Positions 35,783 to 41,225 of a stretch of DNA of 41,225 nucleotides are shown piece by piece. Numbering within the stretch: the first letter of the stretch is position 1; each line of letters opens with the position of its first letter. This stretch comes from an uncultured Clostridia bacterium (GTDB taxonomy: Bacteria > Acidobacteriota > Aminicenantia > UBA2199), in NCBI GenBank assembly GCA_964614865.1, contig CAZTNO010000002.1:1-41225 (forward strand), given 5' to 3'. Position numbers and translations under genes: made by a program. The notes below the pieces were generated by a model. It searched no databases. It was given only the letters and a program-made list of their open reading frames with translations, and was not told the origin of the DNA.

Positions 35783-37647
35783 GGCGGGGCCAGACGATGA
35801 TCCTCGGGCCAGCGGGCAAAGAACTGGTTGACGAACAGCCCGGCCATGATGCCCCGGGTCAGCACGCAGATCGCATCGTGAAACACCCCTGGAGAATCGC
35901 CGGCCCGCATCGCCGCCCAAACCTTCCCCAGCTGGGCGGCATCGACGTACTCTGAGGCCGGGCCGCGGGCAATCTCGGCGAGAGCCTCCTCCACCTCGGC
36001 GGCGCATGCCCGCAGCCGGGGAACCAGGTCGCCCGCCTGTCGCCCGCGCCGCAGGTTCAAACGAACCTCGTCGGGGAGCCGCCCCTTCATCGCGGCGCGG
36101 ATCAGCCAGCGGTCGAGACCGGTCTGCGGGTCGAGAAACACCCAGTCGGGGACCGACAGGCAGAACTGGAGGACCCGGGGATCGCCGGTCGGGTCGCGGT
36201 ACTCGAGGCCCCCGGCATGCTGCTTGGCGGCGTACAGGGCCCCGATCATGGAACGCCCCGGCTTGAGGATGCGCAGACGGGTTTGCCCCGGCACGGCGGA
36301 AAAGACCTCATCCGGATCCTCCATGCGTCGTTGTGCCAGCCGCAACCTGCGGGCGAAGTCGGGGTGGATGGCACTGCCCCGCAAGCCGTCCCGGGAACTC
36401 CGGCGCAGCCGGTGCCAGCGCGACAGCAAACCGACGGGCACCGCCCGTTTCACCCGTTCCCGGGCCCACTTCCGCCAACCGAGGCCCTGGATCTGGGCAA
36501 ACCACGAATGACTGAAGGGATCGCCGGTCCACGAGATGCCGGCATTGCCGAGCTGTCCGGTCAAGAGAACACCCGCCCCGGCCGCCCGGGCGCTCTCGTC
36601 CAAGGCCAGAATCCAGTACAAATTCCCCGCCGCGTGCCCCGGCTCGCCGGTGATGGCGAGCATGCGGCGGATGGCGGCGATGGGGGTGATCTGAGTTGCC
36701 GCCACCGGGAAATGGTCGATGTTGCCGGCCAGGCGGGCGGTTGCCGCGGCCAGGGGGTATTCGTCGCCAAAACGGCGGCCCACGTATCCCCGGGTTTCGT
36801 ACTGGGGCACCGAGGTGAAGGCGGGCAGGCGCCGCCCCTCCTCCCGCAACCACAGGGCCGCAGTCGCGGCCACCGATCCCGAATCGAGGCCACCGGAGAG
36901 CATGGCCGCCACCCCGCTTCCCCCTGCCCCGCGAGGCGGACGCAACCGGGCCCGCACCGCCTCGTCGAACACCGCCAAAAAAGGCTCGACGTAGTCTTCC
37001 CGGCGGGGTAGCCGCAACAGCGGGGTCTCTTCCAGCCGCCAGTAGCATCGCGGTTCGAGTCGATCCGCGGTCACCCGTAGGCAGTGGGCCGGGGGGAGAC
37101 GACAAAGCGGCGAGGTGATGGTCCGCTCGCCATGGTAATTGGGCCAGGAGGTCAGCACTTGGGCCAGGTAGAGCTCGTCAAGCTTCAGCGGGGAGAGGTT
37201 CAGGGTCAGCAGGGATTTGGCCGAACTGGCAAAAGCGAACCCCCGTTCGCAGGCCAGATAGTGGATAGCGGTATTGCCGAAGTGGTCGCGGGCCAGGAAC
37301 AGTTGCCGCTCCCGGGGATGCCAGGCGGCAAAAGCCCAGTCGCCGTAAACGCGCCCCGGGCACTCTTCGCCCCAGCGAAGGTACGCCATGCGGAGCAAGG
37401 CGCCGTCGGTCAGCGAGAGGCATTCGCCAGCGGAAAGGCCCAGGGCGTGGGCCAGTTCCTCGCGGTTGTCGACCCGGCCCTCGGCCAGAAACACGAAACC
37501 GTCGCCAGCCAGCCCTGCCACCCGGGGCGACCCGGCAAAACAACCCTTGGCCCACAGGGCGCTCCCGTCCGCGCACAAACCCGCCAGCGCGGCCAAGATC
37601 TCTGTGCTTACGGGTGTTCCGTCACGCTGGAAAAAACCGAACAACAA
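35779..37647 (-). CDS. asparagine-synthetase-homologous lasso-peptide cyclase-like protein
   Basis: MLSGGLDSGSVAA is the PP-loop. The Asn-synthase-like N-domain (LFLARDHFGNTAIHY) lacks an N-terminal Cys nucleophile. About 620 aa, directly downstream of a 49-codon ORF. Start uncertain: TTG 37647 or 37644 behind a GGAAAGGAGA SD; the track start is TTG 37671. Confidence 0.8.
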   Translation of the reverse strand: MLFGFFQRDGTPVSTEILAALAGLCADGSALWAKGCFAGSPRVAGLAGDGFVFLAEGRVDNREELAHALGLSAGECLSLTDGALLRMAYLRWGEECPGRVYGDWAFAAWHPRERQLFLARDHFGNTAIHYLACERGFAFASSAKSLLTLNLSPLKLDELYLAQVLTSWPNYHGERTITSPLCRLPPAHCLRVTADRLEPRCYWRLEETPLLRLPRREDYVEPFLAVFDEAVRARLRPPRGAGGSGVAAMLSGGLDSGSVAATAALWLREEGRRLPAFTSVPQYETRGYVGRRFGDEYPLAAATARLAGNIDHFPVAATQITPIAAIRRMLAITGEPGHAAGNLYWILALDESARAAGAGVLLTGQLGNAGISWTGDPFSHSWFAQIQGLGWRKWARERVKRAVPVGLLSRWHRLRRSSRDGLRGSAIHPDFARRLRLAQRRMEDPDEVFSAVPGQTRLRILKPGRSMIGALYAAKQHAGGLEYRDPTGDPRVLQFCLSVPDWVFLDPQTGLDRWLIRAAMKGRLPDEVRLNLRRGRQAGDLVPRLRACAAEVEEALAEIARGPASEYVDAAQLGKVWAAMRAGDSPGVFHDAICVLTRGIMAGLFVNQFFARWPEDHRLAPP

Positions 37648-37732
37648 GGATCTCCTTTCCTGCCCCGGCAAAAAGAACTATTCAGAGACCGACGGGGGCA
37701 CCCGCCCGAAGATCCCCGGTCATCTGAAAGCA

Positions 37733-37790
37733 TTTCGCGCGCGAAAACCCGCTTCGCGAATCAGAAAGCGAAACACGCGGCCCTGGCCGC
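37733..37790 (-). terminator. candidate partial terminator / attenuator hairpins between the precursor gene and the cyclase gene
   Basis: Minus-strand RNA has GCGGC-CAGG-GCCGC (37790..37777) followed by GUGUUUCGCUUUCUGAUU. A second imperfect hairpin spans 37749..37780. A 14-nt palindrome tttcgcgcgcgaaa lies at 37733..37746. Confidence 0.3.
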
Positions 37791-37806
37791 TTGGAGAGGG
37801 TTGGCC

Positions 37807-37956
37807 TCAGGTGGGGGAATGGAAACTGCCGGATGACCCGTCTGTGACAGATCCACCCATAAACAGCGTCCGCTTCAATTCGACGGTGCCGATCTCGGGA
37901 GCGTGCCAGGCGGGGCGGAGATCGGTTTCAAAAAGTGGGGTCGTTTGCGGTTCCAT
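37807..37956 (-). CDS. candidate lasso-type RiPP precursor peptide (49 aa)
   Basis: My own translation: MEPQTTPLFETDLRPAWHAPEIGTVELKRTLFMGGSVTDGSSGSFHSPT. An AGGAGGA SD lies 4 nt before the ATG, with a TTGACT-17-TATATT promoter upstream. The leader-like WxxPxI...Tx motif is followed by a core with Asp at position 8 and a Ser/Thr-rich tail. Confidence 0.65.
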   Translation of the reverse strand: MEPQTTPLFETDLRPAWHAPEIGTVELKRTLFMGGSVTDGSSGSFHSPT

Positions 37957-37987
37957 ACGTCCTCCTGAGGTCAAGGGGCTTTTGCCC

Positions 37988-38016
37988 AATATAGCAAAAC
38001 CTCCCGGGAAAGTCAA
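37988..38016 (-). promoter_or_regulatory. promoter TTGACT-N17-TATATT immediately upstream of the precursor-peptide ORF
   Basis: On the minus strand, ttgact (38016..38011) and tatatt (37993..37988), about 30 nt before ATG 37956, in an AT-rich 225-nt gap. Confidence 0.55.
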
Positions 38017-38181
38017 AAAAAGTGCGATGCACATTGGCATTGGATCGAGGCTTCAGGTTCGGAACTGCACCAAGGGCGATCGAGGTGTCCCTTATTATAT
38101 TTGCCCTGGCCCTCTCGCCAGAGGGGGCATGTCAGCCGGCAATCGGGGCAAACGATTCGCCGATGTCGCCGCAATCCATGA

Positions 38182-39405
38182 TCACTTCAGCATCCAGTCC
38201 ATCAGGGCCGCGGCCTGGCCTGGCCTGGAAGTGCGGCGGGCCTTACCCGCCAGCATCGACTTCAACCCGGCGACGTTGCGAGCGAGGATTCGCCAGCCAT
38301 ACTGCGGATAATACCACCAGATTCGCAGGGAATCTGCCGCCACCGGAAAGAGTGCCGCGACCATTTGCCGCGAGGGAAAAAAGCGGCTCCGGAGCAGGGC
38401 GAATCGATCACGCCACCCCTTCCGGCCGAAGAAGAGGACCAGGTTGGGGTTGGGCCCCCCGTTTCGCTGGCCTCGCCAGTTCAGCAGCACGGTTTCTCGG
38501 GCTTCCTGGGCCAGCGCTTCGGGCATCCCCCGGGGGAGCAATCCGGCGATGGCGGCATCGGGCACCGCAGCCTGGAGCAGATCCCGAGCCAGCAAAAGGG
38601 GGACCCCGACCGAACGCGCCACCCCCATTTTCTCTGCCCGCTCGACCAGACGCGCCCAGTCCGGAGAAACCCGGGCGATGAATGTGGCAATGTCGCAGAG
38701 CGGCCGCAGCCCGAACTCGAAGCGGTGGATGGTGGCGTGGGCTCCGAGATGGATCAACTGGTCTTCGGGGGCGAACACCCTCACCTCGGTGCCGGCAATC
38801 GTGGCGGGCACGGCGTCTGCCATCATCCCCCGGCGGTCGAGCTGGAAAGGATAGTCGGGGGGGAGCAACTCCCAGTGGACTTCCAGCAGGGTGTGGCTGG
38901 AAGGTTCCAGATAATGGAACTCGTTCAACTCGGCGGGGGGGGTGCTCCCGAACTCCCGGCGCTGGAAACCTTTCTCTGTAAGGATCGCGTCGGCTTGTTC
39001 CAGGTGCTCGCGGGCGACCAGGATGTCGATGTCGCCCATCACCCGCAGGGCGATGCTCGAATAGACCGCGGTGGCCAGATAGGCCCCCTTGAGCACGATC
39101 ACCGGCACGCCGGCCCGGGAGAGGCCCTCCAGCACCGGAGCCAGGGCATAAAAACGCCGCAGGTTGATGGCGGCATTGCGCCGGTGCTCCTGTCGCAATC
39201 GCGCGCCAAGCCCGGCCGGGATCCCGGACGGGGCGGGACCGAGGCCGATCCGGTGGTGAAGGAGGGGGATCACCCGGTGTTTGCTCGCCTCGGCAGCGAC
39301 CGCCGCCCACTCTTCCGCAGTCCAGGCGGGGGACGATCCACTTTCGATCTCGCTACGGGCGGAAAAACCAAGCAAGCCAAGCAAGCGTTCCTGAGCGACA
39401 GTCAT
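38182..39405 (-). CDS. uncharacterised nucleotidyltransferase-family protein (NTP_transf_5-like)
   Basis: About 407 aa. ...VIVLKGAYLATAVYSSIALRVMGDIDILV...LEVHWEL... looks like a nucleotidyltransferase-fold G-x-x-D-x-D motif as in the family often found beside lasso/PqqD genes (from memory). The ATG overlaps the ABC stop (ATGA). Confidence 0.6.
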   Translation of the reverse strand: MTVAQERLLGLLGFSARSEIESGSSPAWTAEEWAAVAAEASKHRVIPLLHHRIGLGPAPSGIPAGLGARLRQEHRRNAAINLRRFYALAPVLEGLSRAGVPVIVLKGAYLATAVYSSIALRVMGDIDILVAREHLEQADAILTEKGFQRREFGSTPPAELNEFHYLEPSSHTLLEVHWELLPPDYPFQLDRRGMMADAVPATIAGTEVRVFAPEDQLIHLGAHATIHRFEFGLRPLCDIATFIARVSPDWARLVERAEKMGVARSVGVPLLLARDLLQAAVPDAAIAGLLPRGMPEALAQEARETVLLNWRGQRNGGPNPNLVLFFGRKGWRDRFALLRSRFFPSRQMVAALFPVAADSLRIWWYYPQYGWRILARNVAGLKSMLAGKARRTSRPGQAAALMDWMLK

Positions 39406-41225
39406 TGCGCTTTTCCTGGCAACGTCACCTCCTCCGCCAAACCCTCCCGGTGTTGCGTCCGGATCAACCGGCTGTAGGGGCCATTGTTGCCGAGCAATTG
39501 GTCATGGGTCCCGACTTCCGCCACCCGACCTGCTTCCAGCACCACGATCTGATCGGCGTCCCGGATCACCGACAACCGGTGGGCGATGATCAGGCGGGTT
39601 TTTGGTTTTCCGCATTCCGCCAGCACCTGGTGAACCGCCTGCTCGGTGGGTCCATCCAGTTCGCTGGTGGCCTCGTCGAGGATCAGCAACTCTGCCCGCT
39701 CGATCAGCAGGGCCCGAGCCAAGGCGACCCTTTGCCGCTGCCCCCCCGAAAGGCGCATTCCCCGTTCCTCGAGCACGGTATCGTAGCCCAGGGGCAGGGA
39801 GTGGATGAAGTCGTGGATCTGGGCTTTCCGGCAGGCCGTTTCGATTTCCCGATCGGTCGCTTCGGGGCGGGCGAAGCGCAAGTTTTCCCGGACGCTGGCG
39901 TGAAACAGGAACACGTCCTGGCTGACCACGGCCACTTTTCGACGCCAGGTGCCGATGTCCAGCCGGCGCAGGTCGACCCCGTCGACCACCACCTCCCCCT
40001 CGGTCGGTTCGTACAGCCGGGTCAGCAGGTTGACCAGACTCGACTTGCCGGCGCCCGAAGCACCGACGACGGCCGTGGTTTTCCCGACGGGGATGGTCAG
40101 GTTAATTCCCCGCAGCGCCGGGGGATCGTTTGCCGTATAGCGGAAGGAAACATTGCGCCACTCGATCGCCTGGCAAAGGTGCCCGAAGGGGATTTCCCCC
40201 TCCGGGTGGCCCCGGGCTGCGCCCATGGCGATGAACGCCTCGATCTCTTCGAGCAGGGGGCCGACCTGCAGCAATTGGGCGTGAAGGGTGGCCAGGCCAT
40301 TCACCGGGGCCACCATGCGGAAAGCGATCACCAGGAACAGCACGAGCGAAGAGACGGTCGCCCGTGAATTTCCGAACAGGAGGAAAGACCCCGCCACCAT
40401 CAGGAAGGCCAGCGAAGCCGTGATCAACAGGGTGAAAGCCGGACGGGAGCGGCTGGCCATCCGGTCGGAGCGAAAGCCGGCTTCGTGCATCGACTTCAGG
40501 GCGTCGCGGGTTCTGGCCAGACTCCACTCGCTCTGGTCGAAGAGGTGGATGAGCTTCATGGCCGCCATGTCTTCCTGAAGCATGGACAGGAAAGCCTTGG
40601 ACAAATCGACGGTGCGCCGCCCCGCCGCCCGCAACCGGGCTCCCAAAAGGGGGCGAAGAACAAGGGCGATCGGTGCCAGCACCAGCACGGAGACGAGGGT
40701 GAGCGGCCACGAAAGCCACACCGCCAGCGACAGGCAAGCGGCGAGGATCACCAGGTGGGCGATGCCCTGGCTGGCCGTAAGCACCAGCCGCCCCACCTGA
40801 AAACTGTGGGCCCCGACCACCATCAACATTCCTCCCGCCCGCTCCTGCTGCAACACCTGGATGGGCAGCCGATGCAACGCCGCCAGCAGGCGCAGCTGCA
40901 CCTCTTGCTCGACCGTCCGGCGTAGCATCAGGCTCTGGATGCTTTGCAGGTACTGCAACGAACTGCTGGCCAGGGTGACCAGCAGCAGTGCCAGCGCCGC
41001 CCAGCGGATGCGCGCCGGCAAGGCCAGAGCTCCGATCTCCCGGGCCCATCCCCCCACCCAGGGGATATTGTGACCCAGCTCGCCTTTCCCCCCCCCTTCC
41101 AGAAAGAGCAGGATCCCGCCGGACCGGAACAGTCCCAGCACCTGGGAGGAATCCCGCACCACGAAGACCAGCGGCAGGAGCAGCAGGCAGGCCCACAGAA
41201 CGGGCTTCAGGTCCTTGAAAGCGCC
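39402..41225 (-). CDS. ABC exporter, fused permease + ATPase (McjD-like position); 5-prime end beyond window
   Basis: GASGAGKSS (Walker A), LSGGQRQRVALARAL (signature), LLILDEATSELD (Walker B), preceded by about 6 TM helices. The reading frame stays open to the window end (...GAFKDLKPVLWACLLLLPLVFV...), so the GTG at 41162 is probably internal. Confidence 0.85.
   Translation of the reverse strand, partial: GAFKDLKPVLWACLLLLPLVFVVRDSSQVLGLFRSGGILLFLEGGGKGELGHNIPWVGGWAREIGALALPARIRWAALALLLVTLASSSLQYLQSIQSLMLRRTVEQEVQLRLLAALHRLPIQVLQQERAGGMLMVVGAHSFQVGRLVLTASQGIAHLVILAACLSLAVWLSWPLTLVSVLVLAPIALVLRPLLGARLRAAGRRTVDLSKAFLSMLQEDMAAMKLIHLFDQSEWSLARTRDALKSMHEAGFRSDRMASRSRPAFTLLITASLAFLMVAGSFLLFGNSRATVSSLVLFLVIAFRMVAPVNGLATLHAQLLQVGPLLEEIEAFIAMGAARGHPEGEIPFGHLCQAIEWRNVSFRYTANDPPALRGINLTIPVGKTTAVVGASGAGKSSLVNLLTRLYEPTEGEVVVDGVDLRRLDIGTWRRKVAVVSQDVFLFHASVRENLRFARPEATDREIETACRKAQIHDFIHSLPLGYDTVLEERGMRLSGGQRQRVALARALLIERAELLILDEATSELDGPTEQAVHQVLAECGKPKTRLIIAHRLSVIRDADQIVVLEAGRVAEVGTHDQLLGNNGPYSRLIRTQHREGLAEEVTLPGKAQ

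Noticed and set aside
37807-37860. Alternative core starting at Gly34 (GGSVTDG...)
   Set aside because: It would give a 6-residue G1-D6 ring, below the 7-9 range known for lasso peptides, and it would break the Thr(-2) rule. A Met33-Asp39 7-residue ring is conceivable but also lacks Thr at -2.
38094-38099. Second TATAAT hexamer (minus strand) in the gap upstream of the precursor gene
   Set aside because: No acceptable -35 at 16-19 nt. The TTGACT-17-TATATT promoter closer to the ORF is much better.
38365-39477. 370-aa plus-strand ORF and the 300-aa off-frame minus ORF (38408..39310) over the nucleotidyltransferase gene
   Set aside because: Arg/Pro/Gly-rich shadow frames. The 407-aa minus frame is the only one with a coupled start (ATGA) and sensible composition.

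Overview
GC-rich bacterial chromosomal segment, roughly 60-65% GC by eye (not computed). Gene content suggests an anaerobic Deltaproteobacteria/Desulfobacterota-like organism, but that is inference only. I call 39 protein-coding genes and see no rRNA, tRNA, CRISPR array or transposase. All protein identifications come from motifs I recognise in the translations; no database search was run, and many start codons are uncertain.

Gene order, left to right:
- acyl-CoA dehydrogenase (truncated at the window edge and missing from the ORF track)
- membrane-anchored Ser/Thr kinase with about 24 tandem 13-residue helical repeats
- divergent ClpA/B-like double AAA+ ATPase with a non-Clp N-terminal region
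- DsrE-like protein, exported protein, AAA/DUF4143-type ATPase, EamA transporter
- a long, tightly packed plus-strand run: grpE-dnaK-dnaJ-rsmE-Ser/Thr kinase-glutaredoxin-like-FTR/rubredoxin fusion-apgM-MBL hydrolase-xerD
- HD-GYP phosphodiesterase, pentapeptide-repeat protein, GyrI-like protein, YeiH-like transporter
- a minus-strand operon: corrinoid protein, MtaA/URO-D-like protein, DUF1638-GGDEF fusion
- cysteine-synthase-like enzyme, class I aldolase, pyrR-pyrB-pyrC, ATP-grasp ligase
- from about 32.9 kb to the window end, a minus-strand lasso-peptide-type RiPP cluster

The RiPP cluster is the most interesting part. It holds an ABC exporter, a nucleotidyltransferase-family protein, a 49-aa precursor with its own near-consensus promoter, an Asn-synthetase-like cyclase, two HPr-kinase-like kinases, a sulfotransferase, a PqqD/RRE protein and an HDOD protein. 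No B2 leader peptidase is visible in the window.

Other notable signals:
- an operon coupling a corrinoid/methyltransferase pair to a diguanylate cyclase
- a 147-bp element bounded by perfect 29-bp inverted repeats
- a 21-bp-arm AT-rich palindrome that contains a promoter
- an A9 tract in the overlap between the glutaredoxin-like and FTR-like reading frames
- a recurring TTGACATTTC extended -35 motif
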